DNA of 64,000 nucleotides, from contig CAVPCR010000002.1 in assembly GCA_963702435.1 (NCBI GenBank), forward strand, positions 512,001-576,000, read 5' to 3'. Both the position numbers and the translations under genes were made by a program. Source of the DNA: Candidatus Eiseniibacteriota bacterium. GTDB lineage: Bacteria; Eisenbacteria; RBG-16-71-46; CAVPCR01. A model generated the notes under the pieces. The model had not been told where the DNA came from. It searched no databases and saw nothing but the letters and a program-made list of their open reading frames with translations. Shown here piece by piece: positions 10,973-24,161 of this stretch (its first letter is position 1; the number at the start of each line of letters is the position of its first letter).

Positions 10973-11380
10973 TCAGGCGTCATCCAGAACCGCGTTGGCC
11001 AGCCGGTCGGCCTCGGTGTTCATCTCCCGGGGCACGTGCTCGATCGCGAAGCGCTTGAACTTCCGCTTGAGCGCGCTCGCCTCCTGGTGGAGCACCTTGA
11101 GCGCCTCGTTCTTCACGCGGTAGCGCCCGTCCATCTGGCGAACGACGAGCTCCGAGTCCATGCGCACGGTCACCTCCTCGGCGCCGTGGTGGGCGGCCGC
11201 GGTCAGACCGAGGATGAGCGCCCGGTACTCGGCCACGTTGTTGGTCGCGCGGCCGAGCGCGCAGGACAGCTCGTCCACGACCTCTCCGTCCGGGGATAGG
11301 AGCACGGCACCGCCGGCCGCCGGTCCCGGGTTCCCGCGCGCGGCTCCGTCGGCGTACACGATGAGCGCACGCCCGCTCAC
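10973..11380 (-). CDS. rnhA: ribonuclease HI
   Basis: YADGAARGNPG, TNNVAEY, DSELVVRQ, HVPREMN.EADRLAN; GTG start overlaps upstream stop. Confidence 0.93.
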   Translation of the reverse strand: MSGRALIVYADGAARGNPGPAAGGAVLLSPDGEVVDELSCALGRATNNVAEYRALILGLTAAAHHGAEEVTVRMDSELVVRQMDGRYRVKNEALKVLHQEASALKRKFKRFAIEHVPREMNTEADRLANAVLDDA

Positions 11381-12099
11381 GAGTAGCCGCTCTCCTCGTC
11401 CCACACGAGGATCCGGCTGCAGTCGTCGCAGAAGACGAGCCGCTCGGCGAGCCGGGCCTCGTTCACGCGCTGCGGCGGCAGCGCGGCGAAGCAACCGCCG
11501 CAGGCGCCCTTCACGACCGGCACCACGGCTAGCCCGTGCTTGCCGCGGGCCAGCCGCTCGTAGCGCCCGCGCAGCTCCGGCTCGAGGTCGCCGAGCAGGC
11601 GGCCTCTCTCGGCGTTCGTCGCCCCGAGCTCGGTCTCGCAGCGCTGCTTCTCCTGGTCCAGGATCCGCTTCTCGCCGCCGAGGTCCGCGATCTCCTTCTC
11701 CGCGCGCGTGCGCTCGCTCTTGAGCCGGCGACCGACCTCCTCCTCGCGCTCCATGAGCGCGAGCGCCTCGTTCTCGAGGGCGGTCTTCTTGAGCTTGGCC
11801 TCCGCGATCTGCTTCAGCATGGCCGTGTACTCGGTGTTGTTGCGAATCGCGTTCAGCTTGGCCGAGTCGCTGCCCATCTGCGCGGCGATGGCGAGCGCCT
11901 CCTGTTCGCGATCGCGGCGCTTCTTGCCCGCCTCCTCCAGCTCCTTCTCGAGGCGGGCCAGGTCCGCCCGCTGGCGGAGGATCTCCGCCTCGACCTTGGC
12001 GAAGCGGGCCGGCATCGCGTCGAGCCGATCGTGAATGGCGCGGCCCTCGCGGTCTATGCGCGCGAGGACGCCGAGGACTTCCAGGATGGCGGCTTTCAT
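11377..12099 (-). CDS. coiled-coil C4-type zinc ribbon protein (DUF164/CT398/HP0958 family)
   Basis: Long coiled coil followed by CGGC...CDDCSRIL. Confidence 0.9.
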   Translation of the reverse strand: MKAAILEVLGVLARIDREGRAIHDRLDAMPARFAKVEAEILRQRADLARLEKELEEAGKKRRDREQEALAIAAQMGSDSAKLNAIRNNTEYTAMLKQIAEAKLKKTALENEALALMEREEEVGRRLKSERTRAEKEIADLGGEKRILDQEKQRCETELGATNAERGRLLGDLEPELRGRYERLARGKHGLAVVPVVKGACGGCFAALPPQRVNEARLAERLVFCDDCSRILVWDEESGYS

Positions 12100-12292
12100 G
12101 GTCGCTACGCTCCACCTCCGCCCGAAAAGCCAACGAGGAGCATGCCTCGAGGCACGCTCCTCGTTCTGTTCGCTGCGCGCGCCGCGCGCGAGCCGACCCG
12201 GACGGCCGGGTAACTACGGCCCGCTCGCCCGCCCGGGCCGGAACGCGCTCTCGCCGCTCCTGCCGGCGCCGAGCGGCGCGGCGTTCGAAGCA

Positions 12293-12368
12293 TGGTGGGC
12301 GGAACAGGGCTCGAACCTGTGACCCCCTGGTTGTGATCCTGGTGCTCTGCCAGCTGAGCTACCCGCCC
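12293..12368 (-). tRNA. tRNA-Val(CAC), atypical anticodon arm
   Basis: GGGCGGGTAGCTCAGCTGGCAGAGC...ATCACAA...GGTTCGAGCCC...CCCACCA; cloverleaf with encoded CCA. Confidence 0.85.
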
Positions 12369-12434
12369 TTCTCGTGCGGCGCCCCGGTGCCGGTCCCGCC
12401 GGCCGGCCCGCTCGCGGCCCCGGCTCGTGTACCG

Positions 12435-12508
12435 TGGGCCCACTTGGATTCGAACCAAGGACCAACCGGTTATGAGCCGGCCGCTCTGACCACCTGAGCT
12501 ATGGGCCC
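12435..12508 (-). tRNA. tRNA-Ile2(CAT) (Met/Ile2 anticodon)
   Basis: GGGCCCATAGCTCAG...CTCATAA...GTTCGAATC...GGGCCCA; position downstream of rpoD is typical of Ile2. Confidence 0.9.
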
Positions 12509-12620
12509 ACGAACCGGAGGAGACCTCAGCACGGCGCCCGCACCCGCCTGCAAGCCCCGCCGGCGGCAGGATCCCCGGTGCCGGCCGGCGCGGCGCACTC
12601 GCAGGCGCGGCGGGTCCCGG

Positions 12621-14380
<1,760 letters not shown>

Positions 14381-14525
14381 GAACGCCCTTTCTCCCGGCC
14401 CTCGTTCGCCGCGCGGGCCACTCCCGCCGGCGCGGCCGTCGTGAGCTCGCGGCCCGGACATGCCGCCGCGCGCGAACCGGCGATCCGCGCGCAGTGGAAA
14501 CTGGCTGTGCGGTTGGTCGTGTCCA

Positions 14526-16379
14526 TCATCCTGACTGGATGAGGTGCTGCACGCGTTCGAGGAGGGGCTCGATCTCGTCCCCGCGCCCCGCCGCCTCGTG
14601 CTCGCGAATGAGTTCCCGGAGACGGGCGATCTCCGCCTTGTGCCGGCGCGATCGGAGTCGCGCGATGAGATCGCTCGCCAAGGCCTCCGCGCCTTCCTCG
14701 CCGGCCGCCGGATCGACGGCCAGTTCCGTGATGAGGTTGCCCAAGGCGGCATCCGCCTCGGGGCCGATCAGGTCGGCAGGACGGATCGATTGATTCGCTT
14801 CTTCGCGGGCGAGGAGCAAGGCCCACAGGCGCTTGCACTCGGGAGTCCCGAAGTCGTCGCTCTCGAGCTCGGCCCGCATCCGCCGGACGAGCTCCGGGCG
14901 GCCCAGGGCGAGTGCGAGGATCTCGCGGTCCATGGCGCCACCCCGTGCCCGAGCAGCGAGGCCCGACCCCGGGCCGCGACTGCCCCCGGTTCGCCCCCCC
15001 GCGGCCGCCGCCGGCCGCCGGTCGAGCCCGTCCAAGGTCCGGCCGGCCTCCCCGGCCTGGCCGCGGTCGATCCCGGTTCGGGCCTGGCGTTCCCGGGCCA
15101 CTCGCGCGACCGCGATCTCCCGGGCCAGCGACGGCTCCGCGAAACCGAGAGCGCGCGCCGCATCCTCGGAGAAGAGACGCAAATCGGCCCCTGGCGGCAG
15201 AAAAGATCCCAAATGCACGAGCTCGCGCAGAGCCTCGGCCCTCGCCTCTTCTTTCGAGCGCGCCATGTAGCAAAGGGTAACAACAAATTGTACCACCGAT
15301 GAGGCCTGCTTGACCACCCCTTCCACCGCCGCGGCCCCGCCCCGGCGGACGAGGCTGTCGGGGTCGTCACCGCCGGGGATCAGGGCCACCCGGACGGCGA
15401 GCCCCTCCGCGAGGAGCGGCGGCAGGGAGCGGAGGATGGCCGCCCGCCCGGCGTCGTCCCCGTCGAAGAAGAGGAGGATCTGGCGGGCATGCCGGCCCAG
15501 GAGCCGGGCATGGCGGTCGCTCAAGGCCGTCCCCGAGACGGCCACCGCCGCCCCGAAACCGGCCTGTTGCAGGGCGAGGACATCCATGTAGCCCTCGACG
15601 ATCCAGGCCGTCCCCTGTCGGGCGAGCGTCCCCCTCGCCGCCTGGAGCCCGTAGAGCACCTCGCGCTTGTGGTAGACCGCGGTCTCGGGGCTGTTCAGGT
15701 ACTTGGGCTCCGAGCCGTCCATGCTGCGCGCCCCGAAGCCGACCGCGTGTCCTCCGGGGCCGATGATCGGGAAGATGAGCCGATCGCGGAAGCGATCGTA
15801 GTTGCGATCCTCGCCGCGATCGACGAGCAGCCCGGCGGCGATGAGCGTCTTCAGACCCTGCGCATCGCCGAGTCGCCGGCGCAGGCTGTCGAAGCCGGGG
15901 AGCGCGTAGCCGAGGCGGAAGAGACGCGCCGTGTCCTCGCGGATTCCGCGCTCGACGAGATAGGCGCGCGCACGGCGGCCCGCGTCGCGCTGCCACAGGT
16001 TCTGCTCGAAGAAGCGCGTCGCCTCCTCGAGCGCGGCGAAGAGGCGGCCCGGGCCGGCCTCGCCCAGAGCGCGCGCCGACTCCGGCTCCCGCGGCAGCGT
16101 GATCCCCGCGCGCCCGGCCAGGAGCTCGATCGCCTCGCGGAACTCGAGGCCCTGGTTCTTCATGAGGAAACTGAACACGTTGCCGCCGACGGAGCAGCCG
16201 AAGCAGTGATAGGTCTGGCGATCCGGGCTCACGATGAACGACGGGGTCTTCTCCTCATGAAACGGACAGAGGCCCTTGTAATTCCGCCCGGCGGCGACGA
16301 GCGGCACGTACTCGCCGATCACCTCGACGATGTTCGTCGCGGCGCGCACCTCGTCGATGATCTCGTCAGGAATCCGCAT
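14526..16379 (-). CDS. dnaG: DNA primase
   Basis: [49 protein letters not shown] motifs. Confidence 0.97.
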   Translation of the reverse strand: MRIPDEIIDEVRAATNIVEVIGEYVPLVAAGRNYKGLCPFHEEKTPSFIVSPDRQTYHCFGCSVGGNVFSFLMKNQGLEFREAIELLAGRAGITLPREPESARALGEAGPGRLFAALEEATRFFEQNLWQRDAGRRARAYLVERGIREDTARLFRLGYALPGFDSLRRRLGDAQGLKTLIAAGLLVDRGEDRNYDRFRDRLIFPIIGPGGHAVGFGARSMDGSEPKYLNSPETAVYHKREVLYGLQAARGTLARQGTAWIVEGYMDVLALQQAGFGAAVAVSGTALSDRHARLLGRHARQILLFFDGDDAGRAAILRSLPPLLAEGLAVRVALIPGGDDPDSLVRRGGAAAVEGVVKQASSVVQFVVTLCYMARSKEEARAEALRELVHLGSFLPPGADLRLFSEDAARALGFAEPSLAREIAVARVARERQARTGIDRGQAGEAGRTLDGLDRRPAAAAGGRTGGSRGPGSGLAARARGGAMDREILALALGRPELVRRMRAELESDDFGTPECKRLWALLLAREEANQSIRPADLIGPEADAALGNLITELAVDPAAGEEGAEALASDLIARLRSRRHKAEIARLRELIREHEAAGRGDEIEPLLERVQHLIQSG

Positions 16380-16437
16380 GCCGCTCCCGCTGGCCCACAA
16401 CGATCTCCGGCGATCTCCAGTCCCGGCGCAACCCGCC

Positions 16438-18939
16438 TCAGGCGATCTCGACCATCGTCACCCCGGCCCCGCCCTCGCCCGTCTCTCCAGGACGGAACGA
16501 GGCGACGCGGGGATGCGTGCCGAGGAACTCGGTCACCCGCGCCTTGAGCACCCCGGTCCCCTTGCCGTGGATCAGGCGCACGAGGCTCAGTCCGTGCACC
16601 GCCGCCTGCTCGAGATAGCGCTCGACCGCAGCCACCGCCTCGTCTCCGGTCAGGCCGCGGAGATCCAGCTCGAAGCTCGGCGGCGGCTCGACCGTGACCT
16701 CGCGCACGGGCAAGCGCGCGACCGGGCGGGCCAGGGCACGCTCCTCCACGGTGGCCGGCCGCAGCCGATCGCCGTGGATCTCGAGCTTGAACCCGCCGCG
16801 CCGGACGAGGACGCGTCCGGCGTGATCCGGACCCTTCACGACCTCGACCACGGTCGCGAGGTCGATGGCCCAGAACGCGGCCCCCGGTTCGAACCCGGAC
16901 CCGCTCGCGCCCGGAGGAGGCGCCGGCGCGCGCACCGCTCGCCCGTCCCGCGCCGAGCGGAGCTTCCCGGCCAGGATCTCGATCTCGCGCCCGAGGCCCT
17001 GGCCGGACTCGGCCGCCTGCTCGTCCGCCGGGGGCTCGAAAGCCGCCGGGCTGGCCGCCACGGCTCCCGCCGCGGGGCGCGTCGCATCCGGCCGGCTCGC
17101 CGGTCCGGGCTCGCTCCGCGCTCCCGCGAGGCGAAGAGCCCGGCGCGCCGCCCGGACCAGTTCGTCCGCCTCGTGTACTACCCCTTGGGCCCGTTCTTGC
17201 GCCCGCTCGACCACTCGATCGCGGAGAGCGCGTGCTTCCGCGAGCCGGCCCCGGTACTTCGCAAGGAGCGCGCCGAGAGCCCGGCGGTCGGCGGCGAGGT
17301 CGCCCGCGGCCTGGGCGAGCGCGAGCCGGCGCTTCTCGACATCGGCGATGAGCTCGCTCAGGTGATGCTCGCTCGCGGGCACCAGGGCACGCGCGCGATC
17401 GAGCGCGGCGGCCGGGAAACCCAGCCGGTCGGCCACCTCGAGCCCCAGGCTCCGCCCGGGCACGCCGGGGATCAGCGCATAAAGCGGCGTGTGATCTCGC
17501 GGATCGAAAGCCATGGAAGCATTCAAGATGGATGGGTTCGACATGGCCATCCCCTTGAGTGTTCCATGATGTGTGGTGACGACCGCAACGGCCCCGCCGG
17601 CGGAGAGCGCTTCGAGCACGGCCTGGCCGAGCGCCGCCCCCTCGGCAGGGTCGGTGCCCGCTCCGAGCTCGTCGAGGAGGACGAGGGTCTGCGGCCCGGG
17701 CGAGTCAACGGCGTCCTTCAGGTTCCGGACGTGCGAGGCGAAGGTGGACAGGTTCTCTTCGATCGACTGCTCGTCCCCGATGTCGGCGACGATGGTCGGG
17801 AAGAACCCGAGCTCAGTGCCGTCAGCGGCCGGGACGCCGAGCCCGGACATGGCCATCAGGGTGAGGAGCCCGAGCGTCTTGAGCGCGACCGTCTTGCCGC
17901 CCATGTTGGGCCCCGTGATGACGAGGATCCGCGCCGGCGCGCCGAGGGCCAGCGTGAGCGGGACGACCTCCTCCCCGAGCGCCTCTCTCGCGCGCGCGAC
18001 GAGCGGGTGCCGCCCGTTCTTCAAGTCGATCGGCCCACCCCGGCGGAGCACCGGGAGCACGCACCGCCAGTCGCGGGCGAGGCGGCCCTTGGCGCGGAGC
18101 GCGTCGAGCTCGCCGAGGGCGGCGGCCGAGCGTGCAAGCTCGGAAGCGAGGGGGCCCACGCGGGCGGTGAGCTCGGCCAGGATGCGGCGCACCTCGGCCC
18201 GTTCGGCTTCCTCATCCTCGCGCAGGCGATTGCCGAGCTCGACCACCTCGAAGGGCTCGAGGAAGACGGTGGCGCCCGAGGCCGAGCGGTCGTGCACGAC
18301 CCCGCGCACGCGGCCGAGGAGCTCGACCGGCACCGCGACCGTGTAGCGGCCGCCGCGCTCGGTGACGAAGGACTCCGCCCCGATGCGGCCGGCCAGCCGC
18401 TCGAGGCGCTCGCCGATCGCCACCCTCGTCGATTCGATGCGGCGACGCAGGCGCTCGAGCGCGGCGCTTGCCCCGTCGCGCACCCGGGCGTGCTCGTCGA
18501 TCGCGCGCTCGATCGCCTGCTCGAGGGCGAGGTGCCGCCCTAGCCGCGGGGCGGTCTCCGCGGCGAGGGAGGGCGCATCGGCCGCGCGCGTGTCGAGCAT
18601 GTCGTGCACGACCCGGGCGGTACGCGCAACGAGCGCCACATCGCGCAGCTCGGGCGGATCGAGCACCGCCCCCGGGGTCGCCGCGGCGTCGAGCGGCGCC
18701 CGCACATCGGGCACGGCGAGGCTCGGCGGCGACGGCGCGCCGCTCTCGAGCGCGAGCCATTCGCCGAGGTCGCGCGCCCGCGCCACCGCGCGCTCCAGAT
18801 CGGGGGCCGGCGCGGTCCCGAGCGCGAGCTCCCGCCCGAGAGCCGAGTCCGCGCGCCGCGCGATCTCGGGGAGGATCTTCCCGAACTCGAGAACCGAGAG
18901 GGTGTGTTCGGTGATGCCCGGGGGCGCGGACTCGGGCAT
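16438..18939 (-). CDS. mutS2: endonuclease MutS2
   Basis: ITGPNMGGKT, DIGDEQSI..NLSTF, DELGAGTDP, TTH motifs; C-terminal Smr domain LIHGKGTG. Confidence 0.96.
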   Translation of the reverse strand: MPESAPPGITEHTLSVLEFGKILPEIARRADSALGRELALGTAPAPDLERAVARARDLGEWLALESGAPSPPSLAVPDVRAPLDAAATPGAVLDPPELRDVALVARTARVVHDMLDTRAADAPSLAAETAPRLGRHLALEQAIERAIDEHARVRDGASAALERLRRRIESTRVAIGERLERLAGRIGAESFVTERGGRYTVAVPVELLGRVRGVVHDRSASGATVFLEPFEVVELGNRLREDEEAERAEVRRILAELTARVGPLASELARSAAALGELDALRAKGRLARDWRCVLPVLRRGGPIDLKNGRHPLVARAREALGEEVVPLTLALGAPARILVITGPNMGGKTVALKTLGLLTLMAMSGLGVPAADGTELGFFPTIVADIGDEQSIEENLSTFASHVRNLKDAVDSPGPQTLVLLDELGAGTDPAEGAALGQAVLEALSAGGAVAVVTTHHGTLKGMAMSNPSILNASMAFDPRDHTPLYALIPGVPGRSLGLEVADRLGFPAAALDRARALVPASEHHLSELIADVEKRRLALAQAAGDLAADRRALGALLAKYRGRLAEARALRDRVVERAQERAQGVVHEADELVRAARRALRLAGARSEPGPASRPDATRPAAGAVAASPAAFEPPADEQAAESGQGLGREIEILAGKLRSARDGRAVRAPAPPPGASGSGFEPGAAFWAIDLATVVEVVKGPDHAGRVLVRRGGFKLEIHGDRLRPATVEERALARPVARLPVREVTVEPPPSFELDLRGLTGDEAVAAVERYLEQAAVHGLSLVRLIHGKGTGVLKARVTEFLGTHPRVASFRPGETGEGGAGVTMVEIA

Positions 18940-19523
18940 CAGATCTCTTCGGATTCGGCGGGCCGCGCGCGCCGGCCCAGGATGTCGTCGCGAGCCGCCG
19001 CGAGCCGTTCCGCGAGCGGATGGAGGATCGGCAGCGGTCCGGCGAGATACCCGAGCTCGCTCGCTCCGGCGGCGAGGAGGAACGGAGCGGCCTGCCCGCT
19101 CGCGACCTCGTCCCTCACCCGGCGCACCGGCCCCTTGAACTCGAGGAGGGCGAGGATGACGAGGCTCAGGACGAGGACGCCCAGGCAACCCGCGAGGGCG
19201 GCGCCGAGGAGTCGGTCCGCGGGGGCGAACGGGAGCTTGAGCCAGGTGGACGTCGCCCGCGCCGCGATCGAGCGCGAGAACGCGAGCACGAAGCCGAGGG
19301 TCGCGAAGAAGACGATGGGGACGAGGAGGAGGAGCCAGGTGTCGGGAATGGGAGCGGCCGCCGCCGCCAGCGTGAGGGCGACCGCAGCGAGGAGGCTCAG
19401 CACCGTGGCCAGCGAATAGAGGGCCATCCCGACAAGACCCCGCCGGAGGCCCGTCCCCACGATGCCGAGGAGGATGATCCCGAGGACGAGGTCGGCCAGG
19501 TTCAAGGTGTGGCCTCGATGCAT
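18939..19523 (-). CDS. cvpA: CvpA family membrane protein
   Basis: N..D.......G.RRGL and DRLLGA motifs, about 4 TMs, upstream of mutS2. Confidence 0.8.
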   Translation of the reverse strand: MHRGHTLNLADLVLGIILLGIVGTGLRRGLVGMALYSLATVLSLLAAVALTLAAAAAPIPDTWLLLLVPIVFFATLGFVLAFSRSIAARATSTWLKLPFAPADRLLGAALAGCLGVLVLSLVILALLEFKGPVRRVRDEVASGQAAPFLLAAGASELGYLAGPLPILHPLAERLAAARDDILGRRARPAESEEI

Positions 19524-19637
19524 GGGGTCCCGCCCGCTGCTTGCGGGTCCGTCCGCGGGCGGCGCAAGCCCGGCCGTTCGTCTTGAGGCGAGGCCCCGGA
19601 GTTCGCGCCCGGGGTCTCCGCTCACTTCATCGAGTGA

Positions 19638-19838
19638 CTAAACGTCGCGATCGAGGAGCATGCGGCTTATGGCCTTGCGCCGGGCGGCATTCGCCTTTCG
19701 CTTCTTCCGCTCCGACGGCTTCTCGAAGTGCTGGTGCTTGCGCAGATCGGACAGGATGCCTGCCTTCTCGCACTTCTTCTTGAACCGCCGGAGTGCGCTC
19801 TCGAATGACTCGTTGTCCTTGACCCTCACGCCCAGCAT
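19638..19838 (-). CDS. rpsU: 30S ribosomal protein S21
   Basis: [20 protein letters not shown] motifs. Confidence 0.97.
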   Translation of the reverse strand: MLGVRVKDNESFESALRRFKKKCEKAGILSDLRKHQHFEKPSERKKRKANAARRKAISRMLLDRDV

Positions 19839-20038
19839 GAAGACCGACCTCCTCGACGATCCGCTCGCTCGAAGCTCGGGGATATCTCGCGCAATGGTTG
19901 GTGCCGCGGCGCGAGCGCCGCGGACAAGACGCCCGGCCGCCTCGTAGACAACCGGGAGGACGAGAACCGACCCCGAGCCAACGCAACGTGTTGCTGCACA
20001 CGCCGAACCACGCCTGCCGGAGGAAGGTCCAGTCTCCG

Positions 20039-20068
20039 ATTATAAGGGCGGCCGCGCGGCCCTGTCAA
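20039..20068 (-). promoter_or_regulatory. sigma70 promoter for rpsU-cvpA-mutS2-dnaG-rpoD
   Basis: Consensus hexamers TTGACA-18nt-TATAAT. Confidence 0.75.
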
Positions 20069-21042
20069 ACGGCCGGGCCCGGCCCCGTCCGCCCGGCGCC
20101 GGCGCGCAGCCGCGCACCGAGCCATGCGAGGCCGACGAGCGCTGCGATCTCGGCCCGGAGCCGCCGCGGGCCGAGGTCGAGGAGGCGGGCTCCGCCGGCC
20201 AGGAATCCGGCGATCTCCTCCTCGGTGAAGCCCCCTTCGGGGCCGATGACGAGAGCCTCGGCGCCTGCGGCCTCCGCGCCTGCGGCCTCGGCGCCTGCGG
20301 CCTCCGCGCCCGCGGCCACCGTCCCGGCGGCCTCCGTGCTTCCCGGGACGCCCGGCGCTGCGGACCAGAGACCCCGCGGCGCAGCACCCTCGCCCGCCGA
20401 GCGCGCCGGACCATGGGCGACCCACAGGCGAAAGCCCGCGGTCTCGCGGCCGAGATCCGCCGCTCGGATCGGGCCGCGCAGCACCGGCAGGCGGAGCCCG
20501 AGGGATTGCGCCGTCGCCATGCGCAGGAGCCGCTCGAGGCGTGCGCGGCGCCCGGCATCGAGCGCGTCCTGCGGCGCGGACCGCGCCGCCTGGACGAGAA
20601 GAATGCCGCGCACCCCGATCTGCGTGGCGCCGTCGATCGCCGCTTCGAGGCGGGCGGGCCGGATGAGCGCCTGGATGAGCCACGGGAGAGGAGGCTCGGG
20701 CGCAGCGAGGTGCTCCGTGATGAGCCGCGCCGGCCACCGATCCCCGCGCGGGGGGCGGTCGAGCTCGGCCTCGAACCAGCACCCGCTCCCGTCGAGGAGC
20801 TCGATGCGATCGCCCGCGCCGAGCCGCATCACGTTGCGTACGTGATGGACCTCCGCGGGATCGATCCAGAGGAGCGCGGAGTCCTCCTCGTCGCGAGCCG
20901 CCCAGTAGCGGCGGCGGCCCGCCGCGGCGTCCCTCCCGCGCGAGCGGCGCTCTGCCGGCGATGCGGCCCGGGGCTCGTCCCGGGATCCGGACTCGCCGCG
21001 AGACCCCGCGCCGCCTGTGGCGCCTCTAGACGCCCCACGCAT
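20065..21042 (-). CDS. rsmE: 16S rRNA m3U1498 methyltransferase
   Basis: HVRNVMRL, IGPEGGF, LGPRRLRAE motifs; start uncertain. Confidence 0.88.
   Translation of the reverse strand: MRGASRGATGGAGSRGESGSRDEPRAASPAERRSRGRDAAAGRRRYWAARDEEDSALLWIDPAEVHHVRNVMRLGAGDRIELLDGSGCWFEAELDRPPRGDRWPARLITEHLAAPEPPLPWLIQALIRPARLEAAIDGATQIGVRGILLVQAARSAPQDALDAGRRARLERLLRMATAQSLGLRLPVLRGPIRAADLGRETAGFRLWVAHGPARSAGEGAAPRGLWSAAPGVPGSTEAAGTVAAGAEAAGAEAAGAEAAGAEALVIGPEGGFTEEEIAGFLAGGARLLDLGPRRLRAEIAALVGLAWLGARLRAGAGRTGPGPAV
20255..20316. repeat. 15-bp tandem repeat in rsmE (AAGAE x ~4)
   Basis: gcctcggcgcctgcg-like units seen directly. Confidence 0.8.
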
Positions 21043-22165
21043 CGCGCACGCGCTCGAACCAGCCGGCACCCCTCTTCTCGCCAGGCGCCGGTGGCGGCGA
21101 CTCGATCTTCCGGAGCCTGGCGAGGAGCTTCTCCTCCTCGGCGCTCGGCCGCTCCGGGATCCACACCTGCACGCGGGCGAGGAGATCGCCCTTCTTCTTC
21201 TCGCGGAGCGCCGGCAAGCCGCGGCCCTTCAGGCGCAGGATCTTCCCCGACTGGATGCCGCGCGGCACATCGAGCGCGATCGGGCCGTCGAGCGTCGGGA
21301 TCTCGACGACTCCGCCGAGCACCGCCATCGTGTAGGAGACCGGCAGCTCCATGAGGAGATCGTTGCCGCGGCGCTGGAAGACCGGGTGCTCCTTCTCCTC
21401 GATGGCGACGATCACGTCTCCGGGCGCGCCGCCCCGCCGCCCGGCCTCCCCGAGTCCGCGGAGCTGCATGTACTGGCCGGCCGCGATGCCCGGCGGCAAT
21501 TCGACGGCGACGGTCTCCTCTCCCGGCTCGCGGCCCTCGCCGCCGCAGCTCGGGCAGGGATCGCGCATCAGTTCCCCCGCGCCTCCGCACTGCGGGCAGA
21601 CCGATACATTGATGAACTGGCCGAAGAAGGAGCGCGCGACCTGGCGCACCTCGCCGCGCCCGGCGCAGGTCGCGCAGCGCTCGAGGCGGCTCCCCTTCTG
21701 CGCCCCGGAGCCGTCGCAGGTCGCGCAGGGGACGAGCTTCCGGAGCTTGATCTGCTTCCTCACGCCGTGCGCGATCTCGTCGAGGTCGAGGGTGAGGCGC
21801 ACCTGGAGGTCGCTGCCCCGGCGGTCGTCGCCGCGCCGACCACCGCCACCGAAGAAATCGAACCCGCCGAAACCGCCGAAGTCTCGCATGAACATGCGGA
21901 GCGCTTCCGACAGGTCGAAGTCGGCCGGGCCGCCGGCCCCGCGCACGCCGGCATGTCCGAACTGGTCGTAGCGGGCGCGCTTCTCCGGATCGGTCAGCAC
22001 CTGATAGGCCTCGGTGGCCTCCTTGAACCGTCCCTCGGCCGCGTGGTCGTCCGGATTGCGATCGGGATGATTATCGAGGGCCAGCCGGCGGTAGGCGCGC
22101 TTGATGTCATCCACGGTGGCCGTGCGGGCCACGCCCAGGATCTCGTAGTAGTCACGCTGCGTCAT
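21026..22165 (-). CDS. dnaJ: chaperone DnaJ
   Basis: J domain with HPD, G/F region, four CxxCxGxG repeats. Confidence 0.97.
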   Translation of the reverse strand: MTQRDYYEILGVARTATVDDIKRAYRRLALDNHPDRNPDDHAAEGRFKEATEAYQVLTDPEKRARYDQFGHAGVRGAGGPADFDLSEALRMFMRDFGGFGGFDFFGGGGRRGDDRRGSDLQVRLTLDLDEIAHGVRKQIKLRKLVPCATCDGSGAQKGSRLERCATCAGRGEVRQVARSFFGQFINVSVCPQCGGAGELMRDPCPSCGGEGREPGEETVAVELPPGIAAGQYMQLRGLGEAGRRGGAPGDVIVAIEEKEHPVFQRRGNDLLMELPVSYTMAVLGGVVEIPTLDGPIALDVPRGIQSGKILRLKGRGLPALREKKKGDLLARVQVWIPERPSAEEEKLLARLRKIESPPPAPGEKRGAGWFERVRDAWGV

Positions 22166-22174
22166 GCTGGCTCC

Positions 22175-22870
<696 letters not shown>

Positions 22871-23018
22871 GGGCTCCTTCTTCCTCTCCGCAACGACCAT
22901 CGCCGGGACTTGGGGGCCTCAACGCGTAGCAACCGGCCGCCCCCGCTGTCAAGGCCCGGGTCCCCGGCGAGCGCGGCCCGCCGCTCGCAAATAACGACGC
23001 CTCGCCGCAACTTGTTCA

Positions 23019-24161
23019 TCAGGACACCCGCCGCCGATGATCCGCCGCCACCCGGCGATAGAGCACGCGCGTGCGCTCGACCCAGCGCTCGAGCGAGTAC
23101 TCGCCCTCGGCTCGGGTCCGGCCGGACGCCCCCATCGCGCGCGCCGCCTCGAGGTCGCGGACGAGCGGCGCGAGCGCGGTCGCGAGCGCCGCAGCATCGC
23201 CGGGCGGCACGAGCCGCCCGGTCACGCCGTCCCGGATCAGCTCGGGGATCACGCCGACCCGCGTCCCGACGACCGGGCGCGCCATGGCCATGCCTTCGAG
23301 CACCACGCGCGAGATGGCCTCGGAGCCGAGCGAGGCCACGACCAGCACATCGAGCGCGGCCAGCACGGGCCGCACATCCTCCCTGAATCCGAGCCAGTGG
23401 ACGCGCGCGCCGACGCCGGCGGCGGCCGCCGCGGCCCCGAGCTCGCGCGCCGTGAGCTCGGCGTCCTGCCCGGCCACGACGAGATGCGGATTGAGACCGG
23501 CCCGAGCGAGCGCGCCGAGCGCGCCAAGCGCGATCCGATGCCCCTTGACCGGGGAGAGGCGCGCCACCATGCCGAGCACCGGCTCGTGCTCCCCGATGCC
23601 GAGGGCCCGGCGGAGCTCGCTCCTCCTCTCATCGCCCACCGCCGGTCCGGGGGCGTAGCGAGCGAGATCCACCCCGGCGGGGATCACCGAGATCCTGCTC
23701 GCCGGGATGCCGAGCGTGCGCACGAGCTCGGCCCGCATGAACTCGCCGGGCACCACATGCGCGGCGGTGAGCCGTCGCTGCAGGAGGCCGCGGAGCGGAC
23801 CGCGGCGCGGCGGGCGAATGTCCCCGCGCGTGCGCACGACGGGTGGGCCGCCGGCGAGCGCGCTCGCCACCGCGGCGAGGAGCTGACCCTCGGCCCGATG
23901 CGCGTCGACCAGATCGAAGCGACGGATCTCGCGGAGGAGAGCCGGGAAGTCGCGGGCCGTCGCCAGCGGATTCGCGTTCGCGAAACGCACCGCGGTCCAC
24001 ACCGGGAGCCCGAGATCGCGCGCCGCCTCGTGCGGCGGACTTCCGGGGCTCGCCGCCACGACGACGTCCTCCCCCGAGTCCCGGAGCGCACGGGCCAGCT
24101 CGACGCCGTAGTAGGCGGTGGCATTCCACCAGCGCACGTCGACGATCTCGAGGATCCTCAT
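23019..24161 (-). CDS. glycosyltransferase family 4
   Basis: RLSPVKGH, EAISRVVLEGMA, TGRLVPPGD motifs. Confidence 0.9.
   Translation of the reverse strand: MRILEIVDVRWWNATAYYGVELARALRDSGEDVVVAASPGSPPHEAARDLGLPVWTAVRFANANPLATARDFPALLREIRRFDLVDAHRAEGQLLAAVASALAGGPPVVRTRGDIRPPRRGPLRGLLQRRLTAAHVVPGEFMRAELVRTLGIPASRISVIPAGVDLARYAPGPAVGDERRSELRRALGIGEHEPVLGMVARLSPVKGHRIALGALGALARAGLNPHLVVAGQDAELTARELGAAAAAAGVGARVHWLGFREDVRPVLAALDVLVVASLGSEAISRVVLEGMAMARPVVGTRVGVIPELIRDGVTGRLVPPGDAAALATALAPLVRDLEAARAMGASGRTRAEGEYSLERWVERTRVLYRRVAADHRRRVS

Noticed and set aside
12293..12508. tRNA genes as an integration site
   Set aside because: No integrase or duplicated tRNA 3' end seen; the flanks are housekeeping genes
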